Shown one piece after another: positions 46,089 to 60,256 of a stretch of 64,000 nt of DNA; the stretch's first letter is position 1, and each line of letters begins with the position of its first letter. This DNA comes from Octopus sinensis (Eukaryota). The DNA lies in the NCBI RefSeq assembly GCF_006345805.1, contig NC_042999.1, positions 146,878,001 to 146,942,000 of the forward strand. Direction: 5' to 3'. Below the pieces are notes generated by a model. It did not search any database. It saw only the letters and a program-made list of their open reading frames with translations, and was not told where the DNA came from. Made by a program: the position numbers and the translations under genes.

Positions 46089-48230
46089 TATATGTATGTA
46101 TAGAATCAAACGTAAATGCTTATAACCTGACGTAACTGTGTCTGTGTGTGCGTTATATGTAGTCCAAATCTAAGGTACAAGTGGAATCGATAAACTTGAG
46201 CCAGTGACTTATGCTATTTATGTTATCGATCCTAAAATGGATAAACAGCAAAACCAATCTTTGCAACATTTTAAACATGACGTAGATGTGACAAGATTGA
46301 ATATTATGTAGAATTTGTTACAGCGCTGTTTTGTTTCTAATCGCTTTGCAAGCCGAGACATGAAAAGAAAGAATAAAATGTTGCATTTTCTTTATAAATA
46401 TCAGTTTTGTACGACAATATGAAACCTAAGTATCTTGGACAAACTTAATGCGTATTTTCTCTGTCTCTTTCTCGAAAGTATTATAGATGTAATTGATATG
46501 AATCAGTTGGACAACATTTGACCAAGCGTCATGGAGTTGCTTTTCTTAACTGTGGGTGGAAAAGATATACAACTACCCTTAGAGCCGAGAGTTGCTGTCT
46601 GCTGTTCGAGATAATAGAGATTACTGTCTTACGTAATTAAATGTGAAGTGTGAGGTTTAAAGCTGGAGTTTCCTTGTCAATCAAACATTCTGGTAATCTT
46701 GTTTAAATAAACAGAGTTTCTTCTTATGTGAATTTATAAAACAAAATCTGTGTAGGATAAAATGCGCACTTTGTCACATGTTTGTTGAGGATTAATACCT
46801 AGGGATTTAAATTCATAGCCCCAGCTAACTTTTATTGATTACACTTACGGTCAACAACATTCCAGCTGTGACCATCTGCTGTTTGCCTTTTTTCTTCTTT
46901 CTAACATAAGTACTTCATATTTTGGCACCGGAACAACTCCAGTACTGGTCTGGTAATTTATCGACTCCAAAAGGATAAAATGCAAAAGTGAACTCGATAG
47001 GACTTGAACTCAAAAACGTAAAAACTTGAAGAAAAGCGGCGTGGTATTTTCTTTTTCTTTCCGACGACTTAACGATTCCGCTAACTCACGGACTTTCATA
47101 AGAAATCTACTATGTTATCCAATATGTCCTATAAATTCATAAACTGTGATTTGAATAAGATGTGGTTGTTATTTCTGGTATGTCAAGCCACCACACAGGG
47201 ATACTTATCATCATAATGTTTTCACATTTTGTGCCGAAGTAACTCAGTCAGACAGGAATTCAGTTCCATGTCCTAAAAGTTGGATAAGATTGGAATAGGA
47301 CAATAAAAACTGAGTGGTATAGCACATCAGAGAATAAAAACTGCAGCACACTTTACTAGGAGAATATCTGTATGAAATATTAAAATGAATTTAGTCCAGC
47401 GCTCTTTTTTTGGTGCCAACTTGTCAATTGGAGCAAGTTGATCGTTTTTTTTTATATATTTTGACGATTAGTATTGCTCAGATGGTGAAAATTTACAGAT
47501 CTTGTAATGGACAGATAGTGATGTGGGGATGCGGTTTCATGCTGTAGATTACACATAGGGAAACTAGCTTAGTCAGGGAACATATTGTCGAAATAGCAAG
47601 CAATTTTCCTTCAGATTAAACTTCGCTGTCTAAAAACGAATATGTGAAAGTAGTATCTGTACGTGTCTGCACATGGTTGCACTCATATACACTCACGCTT
47701 ACAAACACACGTTTGACTTACATTCAGATTTGCTTAAAGTTTTATATGGTTGCACACACGTTTCTCTCTCGTTGCATGTGTGTATGTGTGTGTGTGTGCA
47801 TGAGTTTACTAACTTCATCGAGGCTTTAAGACCTCAGTTTTTACCTTCTAGTAGAAATTATTTTGGTAGTAACATATTATTGAGTCTTTGATGTAGATCC
47901 ACGTATACATGAAGATGAATGGTGGCTTATTTTCTCACTCGAATGCTTGCTACAGGAATTCAGATATTTTCCTCTACAAAAGGAAAATAGATTAGTATAA
48001 CGCAAAATTTCATTACCGAAATAGTTCGCAAAACTGGGTAGAAATATAAGATAAGCCTGCAACAAACAGATCCACGTAGTTCTTCATAATTCCTCAAGGA
48101 TTTAATACATCCAAAAAATATTATTCTTCCCTAAACTGATATCCTGGAATAATTTCATTGTTTAGTAAAGATTTAATAATGGAATGCAAAACTTTTTAAC
48201 AAAACGAAAGTATAATTGTGTTTTCAATTA

Positions 48231-48305
<75 letters not shown>

Positions 48306-48311
48306 ATATAT

Positions 48312-48355
<44 letters not shown>

Positions 48356-50916
48356 ATATATATATATCTTCTTTTCTTTCTAACATTATTCTTTCTTTCT
48401 GTAAGTTCTATGTGTATGTGTGTACGCGTGCGTATGTATGTGTGTCTGCGTATATTTTTACTTGTTTATGTAATAGGACTGGGAATTAATAAATTTGATT
48501 CAATTCTCACCATTAAACTCCCCATCGGCAAATGGTATGAGGTTGGTATTTTAAAAACTGCTTTAAAATGATACCATTAAATAATTGTACGTATGCATAC
48601 ATGAATCCATACATACGTATTATATATATATATATATATATATACCTGTGTGCGTGTTTGTGCTTGCTCATGTGCCTGTATATACATATATGTGTATGTT
48701 TGAATGTGCGTGTTTCTTCTAAAACGAACACTTGTTTTGGAACATAAACTTCTTTTTTGCTAGGTATGTATATGTGTATGTTGCAAGAGAATTGACGCCA
48801 TATCATCTCTTATGATTTTATACATAAATCTACCACCTAGATGAACTTAACCATTGTACACATTATACTGTATATTATATAGTTTATATTTATAATATGC
48901 AATGTGCAGCTATATAAGCTATGTCGGATATTACACATTGTGATTTATATACTGTGTACTGCATTGTGGTGGATTGGATTAATCGTTAGACAAATGTGTT
49001 TTTCAGCTCTTTTCGTTATATGTTCAAGTACCTCCGAGGTTAAACATGCCATTTTATCCCTCCGGCTTCCATAAAATGAAGAACCAATCAAGTACAGTGG
49101 ACGATTTAATTGACTTGCCTTGTCTTCTTAGAAATGACCGACGTTGTGTCTACGTCTGAAAATATTAAGACTGAATCGAAGATTCGTTAGCGCGTCGGCC
49201 GAATTGCCTCGAGGCATTGATGTTCTAAGTCCGAAACTCGCCAAGACCAAACGCTTCTTTCTAATTCTTTAGGATCTACAAAAGTATAGTACCGATCATC
49301 GAATAATTTTACTCGACAATCTTCATCCAAATATAAAGCCATGTGACAATATCACAAACAATTATTGTTATTGTAATTTTGATACTTTAATAATTATTAA
49401 TACAGAAGTACATACTGTTTGTGTGATATGATAAAAGAACCGCTTGACAGCTGCAACTGAGTGGCTAAAACACTGTTGGACAACTTCTTCTCCAACTGAC
49501 AACCCCAGCTGCGAAACCTGTCATTTTAGCTACGTTGTATTATTCTGAATCAAGATATTTTACTCACTTTGGCCTAGATGACCAATACTGAGAGAGTATA
49601 ATGTACGACTAGCCGCGAGATACAGAATGGGATTCTTGTGAGACGTAAACACAGTAGCACACATAATGAATAGTTACATTAACCCTAGTATATTATCTTT
49701 TGTTGAATCATCTAGAAGAATAAAGGCAGCTTTTATGACTACCCCGACGTGGCTTCTGTGTCTTCCGGAAATAATGAGGGTATCTTATTTGAGCTTTTCT
49801 TATAACAAAGTTCTGTTTGCAAGAAAATGGACTCAGGAAAAGTCACCCAATGACTATACGGTAGGTTTAAATTAAACCTGGTAATGTATTAAGCCTATTT
49901 CAGCGATATTTTTATTACCAAACATATAAAAATGGAAAGTAAAACTGAGATAGGGGAGATTTAAAACCTGAAATTAACTCCACATAAAATGCTGCCGAGG
50001 ATATTTTTTCTTCAAGATTCTACCGATTCAGCCAGATGTAAATAAACAGTTGATTTCTTAGTTTGGGAGCTAGAACATATTTTCTCTTTATATGCAAAAT
50101 GTGACTGGTTACATAAGCTAGGTGTTCAATTTGTGGTCCTAGGTTTGCATTGCGTATTTCATCAATACATTTAATTTCGCTCCCCCGCAGTATTCTTATT
50201 TTTAGTGTCTATTTTTAGTGTATCCGGCATGTTCTTTTGAGTCGAAAATGAGACGTTCCAGAGGAAGGAAGGCCGCTGGCTGTTCACAAATACACGGGCA
50301 ATTAGTGAAAGTAAGATACTCTGTCACGAATAACTTACTACGACTTGTATTCCATTAGTATATAATTTTATCAGACTAGCAAATGAAACACACAGTTGAC
50401 CTCGGTAAGTATTGAACATATAACAATAACTAACTAATAACAGAAAACATATGGTTTAATCTGATACTCAACCATATTGCCATCCTATTTTGACGTATAA
50501 TAATAGTATTCTTGAATAATGCTACGAAGCCTAAATTTCACAGGGAGCGAAGTCAATTTTATCGACCTAACCCATTGATTGGTATTTTTCTTTTCTCACC
50601 CAAACTATCCACGAAAGAATGATGTTGTAAAGTAAAGTATAAAATAACTGTTTAAAAATTTGTCACAAGGCCAGTAATTTTGGAGAAAGGGAAAGTCGAT
50701 ATTTTCATCCCACCTCTCTCGACTGATATTTAATTTACCTGTGAAAAGATGAAAAGTAAATCGGCCTCAACGGGATTTCTGCTCAGAGTGTAAAAACAAG
50801 AAGTGATATATATTTTGTCCCACGTGATAACGTTACCAACACGCAGCCTTCGAGAAGACCCCTGCACACACAAAGACACACCGACTTATCCATATGCATA
50901 ATTATGTATATATATA

Positions 50917-50986
<70 letters not shown>

Positions 50987-51694
50987 TCATACGCAAAGAC
51001 ACATACATGCATACAAATAAATAAACGCATATACACACAGCTATATACGCATACACAAATACCCACTTACACATAGGTATATACGCACGCAAACGCAGAC
51101 AGACACGAAAAGACACGCACACATACAATGCACACACATACACACATGCTTGCACACGTGCGCATGCATACGTGTACACACACACACACGTACAAATATG
51201 TAATTATTTTCGAATAACAAAATTGGACGTCTTGAACAATTTTCTTTTTAAATAGTTGGCAATGTCAGCAAGCAATTTTGAGATATTCCGGTTCAGAAGT
51301 AGTTTAATGTTGTTCTAGCTCCATTTTATTCCAATGTTTATTTTACTTAGTTTTCTTATATATCACTCAGTAAGGAGTTTCATGTTGTTTTTTTATTGGT
51401 TTAACTTTTTATATATGTGCTTCTTTGTTATACAATCTATGTTTAATCAATGTTGCGCTAAAGGCCTTGAATGGAGAACATAACATAAAAAAAAATAATT
51501 ATATACAAATACAACATCTGACAGATTTTTGGCACATGTTATGTTTTCTAAGTCAATGGCGACAATATAATAAGATGCATTTTGGTGTCCTGAGATGTAA
51601 TAAATATCATCATTCCATCAGAATACAAAACTGTAGTTTTGAGACAAAGCCCTCAATGTTTAAAATAATAATAATGATGATGATGATGATGATG

Positions 51695-51760
<66 letters not shown>

Positions 51761-52083
51761 GTGTTATCATGTACATTGTTTTGTCTTGGTATAAAAAATA
51801 GGCTACAGCAAATATTCTGCTCAATACCACAGATTTGCTTGTCAGTTGTTTGACCTTAACCAGTTGACCATGTCCCTTAGTGACTGACGATATGTGCATC
51901 TCTGATCACGAGCAGAAGTAGTGGGGGGAGCATCATAGCCGTGTGTTGAAAGGAATTCTTGGAGGTTTTGATAATTCACCTTTGGAAACATGGGTGGTTC
52001 GTTCAACATCCTTAAACAATCCTTATTCAGGGACCTTCTGAGCAGGATGGGCTACTCGACCTGAAGAAAATTCTACCTGAGCC
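51761..52083. mobile_element. Truncated second copy of the 2644-3188 repeat, abutting (AAT)n
   Basis: gtgttatcatgtacattgttttgtcttggtataaaa...ctactcgacctgaagaaaattcta, preceded by (AAT)n ending at 51760. Confidence 0.85.
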
Positions 52084-53228
52084 ACACTAAAACTCCATTT
52101 TATTGTGAATGGTTATGGCTGCTACCATACTGTTCTTATTTCTTAGCCTCGGAGTGATCTTCCGACGGATATCATTATTCAGTTTCCTTAGCTACAACAT
52201 CATGTGATGACATTTTCGGACAACTGCCTATGATGTGGCTGATATCTTCGGTGTTAACTCCACAAAATCTTCATCAGTTGTCATATTTTACTGCTTTTCC
52301 TGCATGTCTATCCCTGCATCAGGCATTTGGTTCATATATCTTGTTCTTGGATTGTATGAATGTATGTACGTATGTATGTACGTATGTATGCATGTATGTG
52401 TGTATGTAAGTATGTATGTATGTATGTGTGTATGTATACATGTATGTATGTTTATGTATGTCTGTGTGCTTGTATATTATGCGTATAAGAGCGTTTGACG
52501 TATGAGAATATATTAATAACTTCAGCGCTTCATTGTTACATGAACATTTTTGGTATGGATGTTTTTCTCTAGATATACGAAGCTTAAAACGTAGAAGGCT
52601 TGCGGCTAGAACCTAGGATTATAAAGTGCATAAACTCTTTTACATTTCATAAATCACTCTCACCATAATTTTGAGAGTCTATTTTGATTAGCTAATGAAA
52701 CCATTCTACTCAACGAGTTTGAAATCTTCGGTTATGAGTTATGTTCTTCAGATAATATGAAAATGAAGGTTTAATAGATGTTGATTTTTGTGATTTGAAG
52801 TTATTGTATTTTTCAACGCTGCCGAAGTTTCGATATGTTATTCAGTGCAAAGAAAATCTAAATGCATGACTATTGATAAAGAGAAAGCCGCCTGCCATTT
52901 ATTCCAACGAATGCTTACAACTGACAGATATCAGGTATTCGAGTACTTTGAAGCCAATGTTGCTGACAGTAAGAAACATTTTTGACCTGGAGTTCTTATA
53001 ACAAGCTTCAAAACGTTTTGCAATTACGTGGTTTAAAGTCAATAAGGATGCTCTTCGTCAGGGCATGTGTAGATAGCATTTTTCTCTCTGGGAAACGAAC
53101 CTCAAGAAGGAGAAAGAAGTTTTTTCAAGTACAGCATGAAACGCAAATCGTCTGTGAGTTTCTTTGCTGCTTTCTCGTTTTCTCACTTTCACATGCACGC
53201 ACACACTGACACAGACATACATACACAT

Positions 53229-53274
<46 letters not shown>

Positions 53275-53425
53275 GCTTACAAACACACTTACAAACGTAC
53301 TAACATAGGTAGACGTATAAAGATATCTGCATGAAAATCTATATATGTAAGTATATCCATAAGTATTTATGTGTATGTATGTGCTTCTGTATGTATGTAT
53401 GTATGTATGTATGTATGTATGTATG

Positions 53426-53459
<34 letters not shown>

Positions 53460-53465
53460 TGTATG

Positions 53466-53542
53466 TTTGAGACCGCGACCTGTTCACTGACACAATTCCG
53501 TGCTGCACGGAATTGTGTCAGTGAACAGGTCGCGGTCTCAAA
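53466..53542. repeat. Perfect 38+1+38 bp palindrome embedded at a (TATG)n/(CATA)n switch
   Basis: tttgagaccgcgacctgttcactgacacaattccgtgc-T-gcacggaattgtgtcagtgaacaggtcgcggtctcaaa, centred at 53504. The ORF track shows the same peptide on both strands. Confidence 0.97.
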
Positions 53543-54256
53543 CATACATACATATATACATACATATATATATATACATACATACCTACATACATACATA
53601 CGTAAGTACATACTTACATACATACATACATAATTTGCCAAAACACACATACTCACATATACACATAAATTTAAATATTGAAGTGAATCTAACGGTTGTT
53701 GTGTGTTTCTTAAATGGCTTATAAAAGCCTTCCACGCTGCAATTGTTTTCGTTCCAGCACAGGATCTCCGATCAGGTCACTTTCTATGCAAGTACGTCTC
53801 CGCAATATATATATATATATTTGTTTTTTCTCGTTTGTTTGATTTCCCGTATTGTATTCTCTTTTTATTCCTCGTTTTGTATTTTTCTGTACATGTATTT
53901 TTATTTTGCAGTTTTATTGTTACGTCCTGTTTGTGTTCTTACTCGTTTTACCTCACTGCTTGGAATTTGATTTTAATTCTCTCGTAGGAAGGCCTAGTTG
54001 ACGATGTGTTCTGTCTTGCCTTCGAAACACGCTTGAGTCTAACTAGTGACAGCTGATGACGGGGGATTTTTCCTTGTATACCATGTCCTCTACTTGTTTT
54101 CTTGTTTTTCCCGTTTCTACGTCTTGTTGTGGTGTCCTGTACTCGTATATTTATTTATATATGCATGTATATATACATGTAGATGTAGGTACGTACATAT
54201 ATGTTTGTATGTAAGCATATATTTTTATTTATTACATTATATATACATATATATAT

Positions 54257-54319
<63 letters not shown>

Positions 54320-54323
54320 ATAT

Positions 54324-54578
54324 ATTCAAACATATAAGGGATGGCCATAATAGGACATCCGACTCACTAGATAGAGCAGCCAAACTCCAAACTAATAGTT
54401 GTAATTCTGAAATGGAAAGAGAAATAAAAACGTTTACCCCTCCTTTCTAGACTATGCATAGTTTCGGCAATATTTTAGTAAATAAATTTCAGAATTACAA
54501 CTATTAGTGGTTTGGAGTTTGGCTGCTCTTTCTAGTGAGTCGGATGTCTTATTATAGCCATCCCTTATATGTTTGAAT
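54324..54578. mobile_element. MITE-like element with ~90-bp terminal inverted repeats
   Basis: 54324-54413 (attcaaacatataagggatggccataataggacatccgactcactag...gtaattctgaaat) is the near-perfect reverse complement of 54486-54578 (a few substitutions and one 3-bp indel). The spacer is 72 bp and the left flank is (TA)n. Confidence 0.8.
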
Positions 54579-55169
54579 GTATATCATATAGTCTATTGAC
54601 TATTTTTTCTTTCTCACTTGACCGTTGGTAGCGGGGGATTTTTCTAGAATTTTTTGCTACCCTAAAATGTATTAATATATGTATATATATATATAATATA
54701 TATAATATGTATGTATATATGTGTGTGTGTCTTTTTTTGTCTACTGTTGTCCCGCACTAGTGCTCAACAAGTTGGTGTGTTTGGGTCCCAGTAACCTAGC
54801 GGTTCGGCAATAGTGACGGCAAGAATAAATACGTGCTGCAGTTAGTTCTATGGAAATTCCTCATGACAGTGTCCCAGTATGGCCTCAGTCTGATGAGTGA
54901 ATCAAGTAAAAACAAGTAAAATACATATTCGTAAGTATATATAAAAAGACAAATAAAACCGCGCACGCACACGTACACATACACTCACAGCTCCCACACA
55001 CACACATACTCACATATACACATATGTATGAATGTCACAAAACCTCCTGAGACAGTAAACACTTAGAAGTTATTAAGTATCATTCATTAAGTATTTTTAG
55101 TATTATCCTGACTCTATTTATTCTCCCAAGGACGACAGTCATGTAATATGAGTATATACAATAATCGTT

Positions 55170-55330
55170 TCTATTAGAGGCACAAGGCCTAACATTTAGG
55201 AGTGGGAGAGATTAAGTCGATTACCTCGACCTCAGTGCATAACTGGTACTTATTTAATCGACCTCGAAAGGACGAATGGTAAAGTTCACCTCGGTGACAT
55301 TTGAACTCAGAACCTAAGGACGGACGAAAA
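55170..55330 (-). mobile_element. SINE family A, partial
   Basis: ggcacaaggcc...attaagtcgattacctcgacctcagtgcataactggtacttatttaatcgacc...tttgaactcagaac. Similar, more decayed copies lie at about 46920-47090 and 50657-50850. Confidence 0.8.
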
Positions 55331-56056
55331 GCCACAATAATGTAAACAGCAAAGCCACCCTAAACCCTATATGTATGGCCTATTTTTCTCTTCTTCTATA
55401 CACCACGATAGTAATAAACCAGTTTCTTACGAAGCCTCTACTTCATTTCAGTCTCTATCCCATGATAGAGAATAACGTAGATCTATACTCGTGTAATAAA
55501 GAATTCGACGATAATGTTTAAAGCTATACATGTCATAATCTGTGTGTATGTGTGTGTGTGTGTGTATGTGTGTGTGTGTGTATGTGTGTGCATGTGTCTG
55601 CATGTGTACATACATAAACACAGACACATTTATTTATACTATTTTATTGCAGCTGCAAAAAAAAAAACACCTAAAAACAGATCAAACTAACATACGGAGT
55701 TTCACGCAACTGTTCATCAGATTACTGTGATAACTCAAACTGATACGTATCAATCTGAATTATCAAGCCCATCTGATTACGTGAAACTTCGTGTATCAGT
55801 TGGATAATGGTCTTTTTTCTTTTCCTTTTATTTTCTCAACGTTTGGTAGTTGAGCAATATTTTTTCAACAATTTTTTTTATTTGCACCTATGTGTATACT
55901 TGTGTGTGCCTACATATATATATATATATATATATATAAATTTTAAAATAGGATAAAATCTTTATAAAAATTTATGAAGTAGTCAACGTGAAAAAACCAA
56001 CAAGGGAAAATTTTATAATTATTCCCTTTAAATATATTTATTTATATTAAGGGCAG

Positions 56057-56104
<48 letters not shown>

Positions 56105-56122
56105 ATATATATATATATATAT

Positions 56123-56217
<95 letters not shown>

Positions 56218-56236
56218 GATAGATATATGTATATTT

Positions 56237-56270
<34 letters not shown>

Positions 56271-56347
56271 AAAAAACGAAAGATGAAGACAGGTGGTGTA
56301 GACAACAAACAGATGTATTAGCTTAACGCTCGGGAAGTGAGAAAGTT

Positions 56348-56381
56348 TTTAACGTTTCGAGTCTACGCTCTTCCTCAGAAA
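56348..56381 (-). ncRNA. Minimal hammerhead-like motif in a short interspersed repeat (about 56260-56450), related to the 904-938 motif
   Basis: The minus strand reads TTT CTGAGGA A GAG-CGTAGA-CTC GAAA CG T T AAA. The architecture is the same as at 904-938 with a different stem II loop. Both contexts share aacgctcNggaa...ttaacgtttcgag...gctcttcNtcagaaa. Confidence 0.55.
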
Positions 56382-56457
56382 GGAACACAGAAAGAAACAA
56401 GGAGAGAAAACAAATAAATAATGTGTAGTGGCTATCCATCATGGCGAATATATATGT

Positions 56458-56815
56458 GGAGGCGCAATGGCTCAGTGGTCAGGGCAGGTGACTTGCGGTC
56501 GTGAGATCGCGGTTTCTATTCCCAGACGGGACGTTGTGAGTAGTTATTGAACGAAAACACCTACAGCTCCACGAGGCTCCGGCAGGGAGTGGTGGCGAAC
56601 CCTGCTGTACTATTTCACTACACCTTTCTTTCACTCTTACTTCCTGTTTCTGTTTTACATTTATTTCAACAGCCCAGCCTCGTCACACACAGTGTCACGC
56701 TGAATCTTCACATTTCTATGGAGTGCTCAGCCACTTACACGTTCAATACACGAGCAGGCTTTTCCGTTGATCGGATCAACTGGAACCCTGGTCGTCGTAA
56801 CCGACGGAGTGCCAC
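56458..56815 (+). mobile_element. tRNA-headed SINE, family C (about 360 bp)
   Basis: The head ggaggcgcaatggctcagtggtcaggg...ggtttctattcccagac has a clear A box (TGGCTCAGTGG). The body ends ...gatcggatcaactggaaccc...gtaaccgacggagtgcc. Confidence 0.88.
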
Positions 56816-57877
56816 GATAATATATATATATGTTATATGTTTTATTTTAAGCGAGATAGACATAACATTTGAATGTTTTGAAGAAATCTATTTTTGATTA
56901 CATTCAAAGCAAAACCGGAAAAGTTTGACTTATTACATGTGCTCTCATTACAAAGTGGGATTTTAAAATTTATATATGTACAAAACAATGTATAAAAACT
57001 GCTATCCGTAATTCTTCAGGCAAATATTCAAAGATAACATTACTATCTTATTACTATTTTTGTGAAGAATTACTGATGGCAGATTCTATACATATTTTTG
57101 GTACATGTAACTCCTATCGTGTAACGTACACATATGTATATACATAAATACATACAATACATATACGCGTCCAAGTGGCTGAGCACTCTACAGACACGTG
57201 TACCCGTAATGTAGTTCTCAGGGAGTTTTGGCGTGAAACAGAGTGTGACAAGGCTGGCCCTTTGAAATACAGTTACTACTCATTTTTGCCAACGTGAAAT
57301 AGTCTCTTGCTCAAGGACACAACGTGCCACCGGGAATTGAACTCACGACCTTACGATCGGGTGTGTGAGTGTGAGTCTGTCTGTGTCTGTGTTACCAAAA
57401 TTTGGGAATGGACCAGATAAAAACCAGGCGACATATGTTTCATAACTAGCGGAACCTCGGAAGTAATAATTATCCAAACGAGTGGCAAACTTCTTCCTAC
57501 ACCTTGATCCTTGGATCTTACCTTTACATACCTAAATCTGTCTCTATGTATCTATCGCTATACACACACACACACACACACATCAGTATATCTATTTAAC
57601 ACTTACTTATCTCATCTATTGAACTGCTACCATGCTCGAGCACTGCATAGTAGGGTTGGTTGCACAAAATCGTTTCTCGTATTTAAGTTACGCATTCGTC
57701 GTCTGTGCTCGGCTTTTAAGTTACGGAAGGTTAAGCAACCCACCTCCGATTGTCAAACAATAGGGTGTCACGTATACATACAGACATGTAAATATACATA
57801 CATTAATATCTATGTGTGTGTATGTGTGAGTGCGTGTGTGTTCCTGTGTATGTATGTATGTGTGTCTGTTTGTGTAA

Positions 57878-57916
<39 letters not shown>

Positions 57917-58289
57917 TGCACATACTTATATACATATGTGTGTGTGTTTTTATATGTATATATGTGTATATACAGAGTGAAAGTGAGAGTGTGAGAGAGA
58001 GAGAGAAAGGGAGAGAGAGATCTAACGAGATTCTACATAGTTTCCATCTGCGAAAATCATCCACAAGGCATTGATTTTCCGCGGCTTTGGTAGAAAACAT
58101 ATCATAGTTGCCGCGCAGTGTATCTGAAGTCCGAAACTATGTGTTTGCAAACAAAACAGGTTAACTAAACACACATACACACATGCACACAAACACAAAC
58201 AAACACACCCACACACACATACACACGCGCACATACACAAATACACGTATATACATATACATGTATGTATATCTGTCTGTCTATCTAAC

Positions 58290-58323
<34 letters not shown>

Positions 58324-60203
58324 ATATATATAACTATAACTATATATACATATATTCACACAAATGCACGCAGGAACCCATGACTCACGCATTGTATGTG
58401 TTTATGTCTGGGTGTGTCTAATATTTGTCCTATACTTTATAATAATATGTTTATTCAAAACAATTTTTACTTACAAAAACTGACGTTACATTTGATTTGA
58501 TAAGCCTCATTTGCTGACAAACCCAAATTTGTAACGATTTGTTTTCTTGCACATGTGTCAAATATAATATGCACACCACAATTATGAACAATTTTATTCT
58601 AGAATAATAATATAGAAACCTTTCGTATCAAGAGTGTTTTATTGGGAGTGAAATGATGGGCTGCAGTTTTAAATTTCGTGTTGTTATATAGTGCTATTCA
58701 AATATGATTATGAAAATGTAACTATGATCTGTAAGTCCTTGTCAATATATTACATAAATACACACACACACACACACACGCACTCACGCACACACACATA
58801 TATACAAATATATACATATATATATGTCTGCATATATGTATGTATGCATATAAGCATGTATGTCGCTTGTGTATGCATGTATATATGTACGTCGCTGTTG
58901 AGCGCTACTGGTAATATGTGACACAGAACAACTTGTTGCATGGTGAGGACATTGGCGACTAAATTGGCACCCTGCCTTCAAGCTTGTTGGACACCATGTA
59001 TGGCAGATAATAAGGATTGTCTAAGGGCGGAAGAACTCATGGGAAGTAAACGGCCATCCAACAATATGTGTACATGAGTATTTATGAATGTATGGATGAG
59101 GGGGACGTGGGCATACTTGGGTTTGTGTCTAGGAGTCCGGTTGACCCTCAGTGAGTGTGAGGCCCGTCTGTTGTCAAAACATCTCTCTAGGAGAGGAAAA
59201 CTCTGACAGAAAAGCTACGACACTGACAATATTCTATATGTACACCTGGTCTTCTTTATCGAGTTTTTTTTTGTCCATGTTCGGAGAGTAGTATTGGATT
59301 TGGTAAAAACCTTTCCCCACTATACAAAAATCATCATGCATAGGCATCACTTGGAATAAAGTAAGACCTACGACAAAAATCCCTGGTTGTAAGGGACTTT
59401 CGATCAGGCGATGGCAATACTCGAACACGTGTTTGCAGCCATCAATTATGTATGTATGTATGTATGTATGTATGTATGTATGTATGTATGTATGTATGTA
59501 TGTATGTATGTATGTATGTATGCATGTATGTATGTATGTATGTATGTATGTATGTATGCATGCATGTATGTATGTATGTATGCATACATCTATGTGTGGG
59601 GGAAAGAGACCATTTTTCTGTGTGGTGTATATTGTCTTGTTCTCATATCTACGTTTGAATTACATGGAACTTTATCTATCTTGCAGTCTTGCCGATCTTT
59701 CGAGACGACTTCTGGCATATAATATTATCAAAGCTATATCAAAAACTACCTGATATTCAGAAATCACAAAATACGTAAATTATATTCAGTCATTGATAGT
59801 CTAAATTGTTCAAGTGTGATTCACATCAGAATGCAGTTCATAACTTGGACTTAATGTACATAAGACTTACAAATATTCTCATCCGCATACATAATAATGT
59901 TAAACCACTTTTTATGCTAAGATTCTCTGAGGAACAAGCTACAATTTCTAGCACACTAATCGCATATTTCATCATTCTAGTCCCTCGACCACAAACATTA
60001 CCACCTCTGATCATTTGAACTATACAACTGGATACTATTCTTTCGTTAAATCCCACTCGATATGCCGGGATCTACTCACCATATCTCTCACTAAAAATTA
60101 TGCTACAACAACCCTTCACAATTAATTTCGCTTAATTCACTTTCCGCTTTCGCAGAGTGTGTTTCAAGACATATAGAAAAAAACTAGGAAGGTCATGGGT
60201 GCT

Positions 60204-60256
<53 letters not shown>

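Noticed and set aside
53125-53724. Overlapping ORFs with the same peptide on both strands (FETATCSLTQFRAARNCVSEQVAVSN)
   Set aside because: This is a consequence of the perfect palindrome and flanking microsatellites, not evidence of coding.
56458-56530. tRNA-like sequences at SINE heads
   Set aside because: They have A/B-box similarity but no complete cloverleaf and continue into SINE bodies, so they were not called as tRNA genes.
58880-59420. GC-richer unique segment, possibly the 5' region of an RTE-type LINE
   Set aside because: Only a vague resemblance (ggagaggaaaactctga), with no protein motif or second copy in the window.
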